64,000 nucleotides of DNA, taken from positions 1 through 64,000 of the IMG/VR virus record IMGVR_UViG_3300004151_000006. One strand, 5' to 3'. Every line of letters begins with the position of its first letter. Positions within the stretch are counted from its first letter, which is position 1. This document shows, in pieces, positions 39,683-47,677 of this stretch. The translations under genes were made by a program, and so were the position numbers. Under the pieces are notes generated by a model. The model saw only the letters and a list, made by a program, of their open reading frames with translations, was not told the DNA's origin and did no database searches.

Positions 39683-41122
39683 ATGAGTAAAACTTATTAT
39701 CCTAAGGATATTTTAGATGGTGATATAGAATTTAAAGAAGATGATAAAGTGATGATTCCATTTTGTGAAAATGGTATGACTACATTTTTAACAGCAGAAA
39801 TTTGCAGTGGAGAACAATTTGAAGGTGAAGGATTGTATTTATCATTTGTGGATGATGTTAGTGTTGATTGGGAACGTGATACAGAACTTCATCATAGATT
39901 ATTTTCTTGTAGAAACATCGTACCTAAAGATGGATATGTTCTTTTACCCCAGGGTTCAACTTCTAAAATAAAAGTATCTTATCCAGCAAAAAGCTCTAAT
40001 CATTTGAGTATGTTATTAACACATTTATTATCATCATGCTGTACCTTTGATTACTGTTGCATGAAGAATAAAAAACATCTTATTTTTGATGATCGTGTTA
40101 TTAATGAACATCAACACTGTAGTACATATGTGTTCCATAATTATTATGACAACATTAAAGAAAAACCATATCTCCATCACGAACCAAATGTACTCTCATT
40201 ATTTGGATATGGTAAATATACTACAAAAAAATGGCAATTATATGAATTAATATCTTTAATATCTGGAAAAAGTAAAATTACTAGAGTTTATGAAAATACA
40301 GATAATGTTGATCTAATACGACTTAAATACGATATGGTTATTTCAGATTTAGAATCTGTAAAAAAGTGTGCTTTTTATAGTGATGAAAAACCACGTTGTA
40401 AATTTCAATATGTGGAACACAAAGAACTTATTAACCATATACCACATATTGAATATATAGGCTGGTATTCTCCATTTGAAAATATATTAAATAGAGAAAA
40501 CATGGCCAGTAACAATGATAAAGAATCTAATCATCATATTCCTCTCACTGAAGAATTTGTCACCAGTGGACTACCAGTTAAAAATCCAGCTAATATACCT
40601 GAAGGTGATCTATATACAAGTGTATTTCCAACTGATGTTGAAGAAATCAATTTTGAACGTAAGATCCCAGATGGTATCTTAAACAATACCAAAACAACAC
40701 TGGCCGCTACTGCTATGTATCAAACCCAAACCAAGAAGGAGAAGACCATGGATACCAAGACTGCTCTCATCGATAGCAACAAAGACGCTGCTTTCATCGC
40801 TGCCCAGATCGAAGCCGGCCGTTTGGCCACTGCCATGCTCACCAAGATGGCTACTCCGCACCTGCCGATGATTCTGCAAGGGTATGCACAGCATCCTCTT
40901 GCAGCATTGATCCTTGCCAATATGGCCGTCTTTGGCGTTGAACAGTTTCGGCCTACTGATGAAAAGGCCAAGTTTATTGCTAAGGCTATGCAGATCTCAG
41001 CATATACTGAGCTGTTCAAATCATTCAATGTTGAAGAGATGATCAATACGGTATTTGATGAACTGAGTGATAAGATTAAGTTCCCCACTATGAAAAAGGA
41101 AATTGAAGACATGAAGCTGTAA
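39683..41122 (+). CDS. composite hypothetical protein with strong internal start at 40748
   Basis: AAGGAGG RBS at 5' end; second in-frame AAGGAG + ATG at 40748 where GC rises. Confidence 0.65.
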   Translation: MSKTYYPKDILDGDIEFKEDDKVMIPFCENGMTTFLTAEICSGEQFEGEGLYLSFVDDVSVDWERDTELHHRLFSCRNIVPKDGYVLLPQGSTSKIKVSYPAKSSNHLSMLLTHLLSSCCTFDYCCMKNKKHLIFDDRVINEHQHCSTYVFHNYYDNIKEKPYLHHEPNVLSLFGYGKYTTKKWQLYELISLISGKSKITRVYENTDNVDLIRLKYDMVISDLESVKKCAFYSDEKPRCKFQYVEHKELINHIPHIEYIGWYSPFENILNRENMASNNDKESNHHIPLTEEFVTSGLPVKNPANIPEGDLYTSVFPTDVEEINFERKIPDGILNNTKTTLAATAMYQTQTKKEKTMDTKTALIDSNKDAAFIAAQIEAGRLATAMLTKMATPHLPMILQGYAQHPLAALILANMAVFGVEQFRPTDEKAKFIAKAMQISAYTELFKSFNVEEMINTVFDELSDKIKFPTMKKEIEDMKL

Positions 41123-41154
41123 TACCCGTGTAGTCCAAAACAGGACAAATATAT

Positions 41155-41200
41155 ATCATATATGGGATGTGAGAATAAAAACTCATGTCCCATATATGAT
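41155..41200 (+). promoter_or_regulatory. 19-bp hairpin overlapping a TATATCAT promoter-like motif
   Basis: atcatatatgggatgtgag/ctcatgtcccatatatgat with two G-U pairs on the + strand; TATATCAT at 41152. Confidence 0.55.
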
Positions 41201-41245
41201 CTGACTCCTTTTAACCACTTACTATCTTTTAAGGAGAGTGAAGCC

Positions 41246-41650
41246 ATGTACAAAGTGGTGGACTCCAATGGCATTGTGCTTGATTTTGATCTTCCGAACA
41301 AAAAGGAAGCTAAGATTGCCCGTGACAAGTATGATCAGGGCACTGCATTTCTTCAGCGTACGGATAAGCATCCCAGAGGGGCATCGCATCTGCCGCAACC
41401 CAAGAAACCCAAGTTTGGAAAACCCGAAGACCTGGTCACCGACACCCAGACCGAGCCGGTCAAACTCACTGATGAGGAGATCGAGGCTGAGGCCGAACGC
41501 CTTGAAGGCTTCGGCTACAAGACAGCCAATGGCACCGATGGTGTCCCTATCTGGAAACAAAGGGTGGAACGCAAAGTCGATGCTCCTTCGGCTTCGGCTC
41601 AGTTCCAGCCCCGGGTCATTGACTTCAGCGAAGACCCCACTTTCGCGTAG
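41246..41650 (+). CDS. hypothetical protein, GC3-rich
   Basis: AAGGAG before ATG 41246; directly upstream of RNA locus. Confidence 0.75.
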   Translation: MYKVVDSNGIVLDFDLPNKKEAKIARDKYDQGTAFLQRTDKHPRGASHLPQPKKPKFGKPEDLVTDTQTEPVKLTDEEIEAEAERLEGFGYKTANGTDGVPIWKQRVERKVDAPSASAQFQPRVIDFSEDPTFA

Positions 41651-41653
41651 TCT

Positions 41654-41679
41654 AAGATCAGATCCTAAGATCTGATCTT
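41654..41679. terminator. hairpin
   Basis: aagatcagatc-ctaa-gatctgatctt then cttcttt. Confidence 0.55.
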
Positions 41680-41691
41680 CTTCTTTAATCA

Positions 41692-42181
41692 GTGGGCACT
41701 TTAGACTAGAGGTAATTCTCACTGCTCACCAATTGGGATCGTCAAATCGGAGATAATGACGACCTAGGCCAAATTGGCTGAATATGGGAGGCAAATATGC
41801 ATTGGCCGTAACTATCATGTCCGGCTCCTTTGGGTCGTGCCTATCTGGGACTCCCGGAAAGGTCATCGGCTACACAGTCTAAGGTAATATCAAAATATAT
41901 CCGGTGAGTAGCTGTGCGGTAATGACAGCGGCAGTCGTTGACATCGACGATATGATGTGGGTTTAGAGGAACCCTCGGGAATGGGTGGTGTGAACACCCT
42001 ACCACACCCTATTCAAACAATAGATCGAGACTGTGACTAAACCACGTACTGAATCAAAGGTGATGTGCACCACCAGAGAGAGACTCGTGGTAACCGGATG
42101 TGTCTTAGGTATCGTTTGTTTATGCACCTCTAACTTGCATTACAGGGCTGGGGCCGGATCATCAGATTTGTGCCTCAGCCC
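41692..42181 (+). ncRNA. candidate large structured non-coding RNA
   Basis: no credible ORF, elevated GC, more than 12 helices including long-range pairs with G-U wobbles; directly upstream of tRNAs. Confidence 0.6.
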
Positions 42182-42195
42182 ATCTTAATTTATGT

Positions 42196-42271
42196 TGGGG
42201 TATAGCTCAGTTGGTAGAGCCATCGGCTCATAACCGAAAGGTCACGTGTTCGACCCACGTTGCCCCAACCA
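42196..42271 (+). tRNA. tRNA with CAU anticodon (probably Ile2; Met not excluded)
   Basis: cloverleaf, loop CTCATAA, GTTCGA T-arm, encoded CCA; lacks the three G-C anticodon-stem pairs of initiator tRNA. Confidence 0.9.
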
Positions 42272-42275
42272 TTGT

Positions 42276-42352
42276 GGGACTGTAGCTCAGTTGGATAGAG
42301 CATCTGCCTTCTAAGCAGACAGTCAGAGGTTCGACTCCTCTCAGTCTCACCA
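42276..42352 (+). tRNA. tRNA-Arg(UCU)
   Basis: cloverleaf, tctgc-CTTCTAA-gcaga, GGTTCGACTCC, encoded CCA. Confidence 0.93.
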
Positions 42353-42362
42353 CCAAAATTTT

Positions 42363-42439
42363 CAAGGACATAGCTTAGTCGTAGAGCCCAGGTCTCACCA
42401 GCCTGGAGAGTTTGGTTCAATTCCAAATGTCCTTGGCCA
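42363..42439 (+). tRNA. aberrant tRNA-like gene (8-bp acceptor; nominal anticodon CAC)
   Basis: caaggaca/tgtccttg + G + CCA; D arm gctt/gagc; caggt-CTCACCA-gcctg; tttgg-TTCAATT-ccaaa. Confidence 0.65.
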
Positions 42440-42514
42440 AGATTATCTCTCTTATATCAGGAGAGTTGTGTAAGACATTCTGTGCATCACCATGAAGGGA
42501 CATGTGGCTGTACA

Positions 42515-42646
42515 GGGACATAACTTCATCGTACCTCAATATCCATCAAAAGTGATACCCATGCGATGATGCGGGAGGAACACGTAAAACACCCTCCATC
42601 CAAATACCTCGACAGTTGACAGGTGGTAACCGCTGAACAATGTCCC
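42515..42646 (+). ncRNA. candidate ~130-nt multibranch RNA
   Basis: gggacat/atgtccc closes helices catcgta/tgcgatg, gcgg/ccgc, ggagg/cctcc, acct/aggt. Confidence 0.4.
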
Positions 42647-42651
42647 ATAAA

Positions 42652-42681
42652 GGAGAGAGTGCATATAAATGCACTCTCTCC
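42652..42681 (+). terminator. hairpin ending the RNA locus
   Basis: ggagagagtgcat-ataa-atgcactctctcc, T-run about 11 nt later. Confidence 0.75.
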
Positions 42682-42729
42682 CGCCACCACACTTTATTTT
42701 TTTTTGTAAATATTATGAAGGAGTAAATT

Positions 42730-43047
42730 ATGGATATACCCCAGATCATCATTGAAGTAAAAAATAATCCAATGGGCTACCGTGTATGCAAATTACATGG
42801 ACCAACAGTTGGTGATTGGGAACACTTTTTCGGTAATGTTAAAAAAGCTAATTTATTTCTTTCTAATAATTCACCACATGCAATCATGGCGATGCTCAGT
42901 GGTATGCTCACAGTTAATACTGGGAAAGAAAAGATTAGTTTATTTATTGATTCAATACTGGATACTGAGGAATATAATACTATCATGAATATCTTACCAA
43001 CCATCAATAAGAATGCTGTAAAACTCAAATCCATGGGAAATACTTAG
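42730..43047 (+). CDS. hypothetical protein
   Basis: AAGGAG RBS. Confidence 0.7.
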   Translation: MDIPQIIIEVKNNPMGYRVCKLHGPTVGDWEHFFGNVKKANLFLSNNSPHAIMAMLSGMLTVNTGKEKISLFIDSILDTEEYNTIMNILPTINKNAVKLKSMGNT

Positions 43048-43130
43048 AAACTATGCTATAGCTAGATCCACCGAATGTTGTCTCTAGCTCAATACTGAAT
43101 ATTCAACACTTCTGTTTAAGGAGCGCACAT

Positions 43131-43844
43131 ATGGTCACTGATGCTGAACCCATTTTGGGATATGATGCGGTCACTAACACCTACACGTGTGTCAGTACTG
43201 CTAAGCCATCTTCCCACACCATCGTTAAACAATTATTTCATGAAAAAACTTATAAACTCCGTGATCTTGCTAAGAAATTAAATCTTACCCCTTCAAAAGT
43301 CTTTAAGGTCATGTTTGACCGCAACACTGAAGAAGCTGATAAATTGGATGAGCGTATTGTCTCCACTGGTGAAAATGTTTGGGCTTTTAAATTAGGTGAA
43401 TCTGCAATTGAAGCTCCCATTCTTCCAGATACTACCAAGCCTATGGTCATTAGTGCAGTGGTGCTTAATAATATTCTCACTATCACGTTTGAAGATGTGA
43501 ACCATCTTGATGCTTCGAAGGTACCCACTTTAGATAAATTTGGTGTCTCTGTCAATGGAACTAAAATGAATGTTCAACGTATCCAGTTGGGTAAGAACAG
43601 TAATGTACTTAAACTTTACTTGGGTGGTGCTGTCAAATTTGGTGATATTATTGAAGTGCAATATACTAAACCTGATTCCCCGAAGAATAGCCTCCAGGAT
43701 ACTGCTAAAAATATCATCGATAATTTTCAAACCGAAGTCAATAATCTGTCTGAAGCTCCCCCTGCACCAGAACCAGCTCCAGTTACACCCACAGTCACAG
43801 ATCCTCAAACGCCTCCTGCTGAAGATCCTCCTGCCGCTACGTAG
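43131..43844 (+). CDS. SwmB-repeat (Ig-like) domain protein with Pro-rich tail
   Basis: SAVVLNNILTITF, FGVSVNG, LKLYLGGAVKFGDIIEVQYTKP, LQDTAKN. Confidence 0.7.
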   Translation: MVTDAEPILGYDAVTNTYTCVSTAKPSSHTIVKQLFHEKTYKLRDLAKKLNLTPSKVFKVMFDRNTEEADKLDERIVSTGENVWAFKLGESAIEAPILPDTTKPMVISAVVLNNILTITFEDVNHLDASKVPTLDKFGVSVNGTKMNVQRIQLGKNSNVLKLYLGGAVKFGDIIEVQYTKPDSPKNSLQDTAKNIIDNFQTEVNNLSEAPPAPEPAPVTPTVTDPQTPPAEDPPAAT

Positions 43845-43853
43845 CAGACTATG

Positions 43854-43886
43854 CCAGTGTAGTGGGGTCTATCCCCACTACACTGG
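43854..43886. terminator. GC-rich hairpin (14-bp arms)
   Basis: ccagtgtagtgggg-tctat-ccccactacactgg. Confidence 0.75.
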
Positions 43887-43940
43887 TGATGTATCTTTCT
43901 AGTAGATTTTTTCTTATCTTATAGCTAAGGAGATACAACC

Positions 43941-44630
43941 ATGACCCCAAAGAGAAAAAAAGTCCAGGACTTTATTCTTTCACATCTAAGGATACTCGAT
44001 CCTGAAGGAGACAATGTCTCTAGATATGAAAAGTTTTTCAGTGATCTATCTGATGTGCAGTTTGATGAATATATGAAAGACCTTAAGGATAATAAAGATC
44101 AGATCTATATCTTTGTACCACCACTCAAGACTGTACTCAAGATGGAAAATATCTTAAAGACTAATGATGCTTTGGGTATGGATCTCTTTGAAAGAGTGTG
44201 GCTCACAGATACTGCTACTGGTAATGTATATCTTACTCCACAAAAATATTTGATCTTAGAATTACCCATTAGGAGATTTAGACAATATCTTCAACATAAG
44301 TTATCAGTACCTGATGATGATAAGCGAATCGATCTACTCTCAGGTCAGGTCACTAAACCAGATAAAGCTGCTTCTTTATCTTACGTAGAAATGCAAACAT
44401 TAGCTGCTAGAGATCTTCACAACACTATTGCTGAATTAGCTAAATATCGTGGTGGTGATATCCATGCATATGCTGAATTTCGAAGACAGTTGGAAGAAAA
44501 TGGTACTGCTAATGTATCACTTGACAGTACTGGAAGTATGGCTCGAAGTACAGTCATATTAGATGTATTTTTATCTGGTATGCATATTGATTCCAATATT
44601 GTCACTAAAGAATCTGGAGATGTTGTATGA
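43941..44630 (+). CDS. virion RNA polymerase beta C-terminal subunit (phiKZ gp149-like)
   Basis: FERVWLTD, LPIRRFRQYLQHKLSVP, IDLLSGQVT, LSYVEMQTL, KYRGGD, VFLSGMHI. Confidence 0.88.
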   Translation: MTPKRKKVQDFILSHLRILDPEGDNVSRYEKFFSDLSDVQFDEYMKDLKDNKDQIYIFVPPLKTVLKMENILKTNDALGMDLFERVWLTDTATGNVYLTPQKYLILELPIRRFRQYLQHKLSVPDDDKRIDLLSGQVTKPDKAASLSYVEMQTLAARDLHNTIAELAKYRGGDIHAYAEFRRQLEENGTANVSLDSTGSMARSTVILDVFLSGMHIDSNIVTKESGDVV

Positions 44631-46162
44631 GTGTCATGTCTACAGTATCAAGTGCAGTCAGTACAGTCAAAAGTGTTGTTGGTGCTGTCACTGGATTGGT
44701 GGGTACTGCTAATGGCATCATATCTAAAGCTAGTAGTTTAGCAGATGCTTCTATCGAAAGTGTCATTAGTAGTTTACCTATCTCATCTGGATCATTTTCT
44801 AAAATCACTGATGCACTCACTACAGTTGGGAGTATTTCAAGTATTGTATCTGGTGGTACATCCCAAGCATTATCAAAAGTAAAACAACTGTTAGGTGGTG
44901 CTGGTGAAGCCTTATCTAATCCCATTTCATTTGTTACTAAGACTTTAAAAGATACTGTAGATGGATTTTCTTCTTCTAAAGATCTTGGATCCACTATAAG
45001 TGATGTGCTTAATATAAATCCAAAATCATTATCGGCTACTGCTTCTCGTGCTGGATTATCTAGTATTTCTACAGTAAGTGAACTCAATGATGCATTAGTC
45101 AATATCACTGATGCTGTATATAGTGGTGCATATACAGCTACCAATATAGTGTCTGCTACTTATGATACTGCATCTACAGTGACGGATGGTCTAAGTAAAC
45201 TCATCAGTGAAGGTATTCAATCTAATTTATCACTAGCCGATAATATTCGTTCTGGTATAAATTATAGTGTTTCACAAACAGTAGCTGCAGCTACAGATAG
45301 TGTTTCATTATTACAAACTGGAAATACTAATGTGACTAAGAATATTATTAATACTGCAGTATCTACATTACCATCTACTATCAAAGATACTGTTGGATAT
45401 CTTGATACCACCTTAATCAACACTCAAAAGACCCAAGTCTCTAATAGACTCACTGAATCTATCAATGCACTTAGTAATGAAATAGATTACATTTCAACTA
45501 CTAAAGATAGTTATAATAAAATATTAGCTAAGACCACTGTCAACTATCCAAGATTTATTGATAGTGCTGGTAATGAAGTATCTACAATAGTCAATGATAC
45601 TTCTCAATTATCACAATCTCAAATCAAGAAACTTTTAAAAACCATTCAAAAAGTATGTCCCGATATAAAGATACCTAGTGTGACTAATTTTGATGAAATG
45701 AAAGCTTTGTATGATGTGACCCTAGATATTATCTGTAAAAATGGTATGGTAGATGCACTCACCATTATGCTCACATATACTACTTATTTTGATACACGTA
45801 GTATCTATGTACTCAAATCACATTTAAATGAAATAAAAAAGACAGGTAATCTTAATTTATATAAAACTATTGTATTAGCAATTGGTCCCGGTAACATAGC
45901 TACTCCTGAAGCAGATCTTAAGATCTTAATTGCTAATACTATTTTGAGTGATACTAAATTGGCTATGATAGATGAATTATGTATATTGCTACAAATTCCA
46001 TTGAGTAAACTCATTGCAGGAAACATGTATGGTGATCAAATATCTATCAATACAACCAATGTAACTTTATTATCTGCTACTGATACTAAACTATTGGACA
46101 ATACTATTACACCTACAGTGCGGAATATGGCATTACAAATGAAAATAGCCTATGGAAAATAA
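44627..46162 (+). CDS. probable virion structural protein, Ser/Thr-rich N-terminal half
   Basis: 511 aa, coupled to RNAP subunit gene; low-complexity S/T/V/A/G N-half. Confidence 0.6.
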   Translation: MSVMSTVSSAVSTVKSVVGAVTGLVGTANGIISKASSLADASIESVISSLPISSGSFSKITDALTTVGSISSIVSGGTSQALSKVKQLLGGAGEALSNPISFVTKTLKDTVDGFSSSKDLGSTISDVLNINPKSLSATASRAGLSSISTVSELNDALVNITDAVYSGAYTATNIVSATYDTASTVTDGLSKLISEGIQSNLSLADNIRSGINYSVSQTVAAATDSVSLLQTGNTNVTKNIINTAVSTLPSTIKDTVGYLDTTLINTQKTQVSNRLTESINALSNEIDYISTTKDSYNKILAKTTVNYPRFIDSAGNEVSTIVNDTSQLSQSQIKKLLKTIQKVCPDIKIPSVTNFDEMKALYDVTLDIICKNGMVDALTIMLTYTTYFDTRSIYVLKSHLNEIKKTGNLNLYKTIVLAIGPGNIATPEADLKILIANTILSDTKLAMIDELCILLQIPLSKLIAGNMYGDQISINTTNVTLLSATDTKLLDNTITPTVRNMALQMKIAYGK

Positions 46163-46169
46163 TGATCAA

Positions 46170-46202
46170 ATGGTGCAGGGTCCTTTAAGGACCCTGCACC
46201 AT
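46170..46202. terminator. GC-rich hairpin (16-bp arms)
   Basis: atggtgcagggtcctt-t-aaggaccctgcaccat; TATATTAT follows at 46221. Confidence 0.75.
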
Positions 46203-46315
46203 CCATATCAATTTTGTATATATATTATTTTAATGAATCACAGTCCTATTGTTTGTATTAATAGGACCAATGAATCCACAAATATCACATATGTCACAAT
46301 GAAGGTGGATTACGT

Positions 46316-47626
46316 ATGACTCCGAATCACTGCACCACCAATCTCTATGATGGAGTCCGATCTGTACTTGGAGAACGGGCTATTAGATATGATGCAGAAT
46401 GTTGTAATGATAGACTCTTATCTCCAGAATATGGTACAGCCACATATATTGAATCAAAATGGGTCATCAATAGTAGCAAACAACCACTCTATATATTTCC
46501 GGGTTTTAATGTTGGTCAAAATGAAAGTGTTGGTGAAATACCCCCAGCATTGACAGGTAACAGAGGTCAGACTCAAGAAAACATTTATAGAAATGGTAAA
46601 GAAGTGGTGACTATTCGTGGATATGGATACTCTGGTAATGATCTCAGTGGATTTAGAAGACAAGATGGTATACCAAGTGGAAAATTATTTGAACAGTCTA
46701 TTTTTATAGATGAACTAATGGTACATCCAATCTATATTCCAAAATTCAATATGGTGTTGGGAACTGTATATCAAAAGCATATCTTGGAAGAATATCATCC
46801 ACTATCCAATCGATTCTATCAACAACAACGTGAGCTTTATACTCAGATGTGGTATAATGAACATCCTGAAGCAGCTATCTGTGTAGAAGGTAATGATCCC
46901 ACTGGAAAGATTTCACATCTTTATACTGTTATCAATGGTATCTCCATATTCACTAAAATAAATAATCATCAGAATGCTACATCATTTGCACAGATCAGAT
47001 TTAATATCCCAGATAAATCTATTTTAGAATTTGATATGTCTAAAGTGTTAGGTGGGTGTGAAGTAAAATATTTTGGTAATTCAGATATGCCTTGGATCTT
47101 AGGTGCCAGTAAGGCTTTAGTAGAATCCAAATATAAAGAACATGATATTGGTTTAAAACACCGATATACTGAAGATCAACTGGAAGTAAAAATCAAAGAT
47201 GCTGTGAGCGATATGTCAAATATGGTAGATCGTATGAAATCTAAATTAACAAATGCCGAAACTAAATTAGCGGATGCAGAAAAACTTATACGAGAACTTG
47301 AAACAAAATATACACATACAACTAAGATGGATGAATTACGTGAATCTACTAAACAAAGTATAGTCAAACGTGAAATAGATTATAATCAGTTTGAATATGA
47401 TAAAGAGATAGCTGCATATAAAGCATTGAAAGAAAGACATAGTTATCAAACTAGTGAAATGAACATGCTTGCCACTGGTGTAAAAACTGCAGCTATCGTA
47501 CTTCCAATATTAGCTACAATATACATTGCCACAAGACCATCAAGTATAGCTGTAGCAGCTGTTGCTACAGCTGGTAAAACATTGTATGCTGCTGGTAATG
47601 CTTTTATTGGTCTATTTACAGATTAA
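46316..47626 (+). CDS. conserved phiKZ-like protein with coiled coil and hydrophobic C-terminus
   Basis: 436 aa; precedes non-virion RNAP subunit. Confidence 0.7.
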   Translation: MTPNHCTTNLYDGVRSVLGERAIRYDAECCNDRLLSPEYGTATYIESKWVINSSKQPLYIFPGFNVGQNESVGEIPPALTGNRGQTQENIYRNGKEVVTIRGYGYSGNDLSGFRRQDGIPSGKLFEQSIFIDELMVHPIYIPKFNMVLGTVYQKHILEEYHPLSNRFYQQQRELYTQMWYNEHPEAAICVEGNDPTGKISHLYTVINGISIFTKINNHQNATSFAQIRFNIPDKSILEFDMSKVLGGCEVKYFGNSDMPWILGASKALVESKYKEHDIGLKHRYTEDQLEVKIKDAVSDMSNMVDRMKSKLTNAETKLADAEKLIRELETKYTHTTKMDELRESTKQSIVKREIDYNQFEYDKEIAAYKALKERHSYQTSEMNMLATGVKTAAIVLPILATIYIATRPSSIAVAAVATAGKTLYAAGNAFIGLFTD

Positions 47627-47677
47627 TGTCTTGTAAGATGTGATGTGTAAAACACATCAGAGGGGTCATCAAGTAGC

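Noticed and set aside
40720-41722. Minus-strand ORFs 40720..41328 and 41222..41722, and alternate-frame 41238..41675
   Set aside because: They overlap better-supported + strand genes in GC-rich sequence and lack an RBS.
41692-42181. Group I intron, RNase P RNA or tmRNA identity for the structured region
   Set aside because: No interrupted gene; the P7-like agact/agtct pairs are not in a convincing intron core; no GAGGAAAGUCC motif; no tRNA-like ends or tag reading frame.
42391-42400. UCA (Sec or opal suppressor) reading of the third tRNA, implying stop-codon recoding
   Set aside because: UCA is off-centre in either loop register, there is no long variable arm, and TAA, TAG and TGA all end genes cleanly before hairpins.
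42190-42426. 78-aa minus-strand ORF
   Set aside because: Reverse complement of the tRNA genes.
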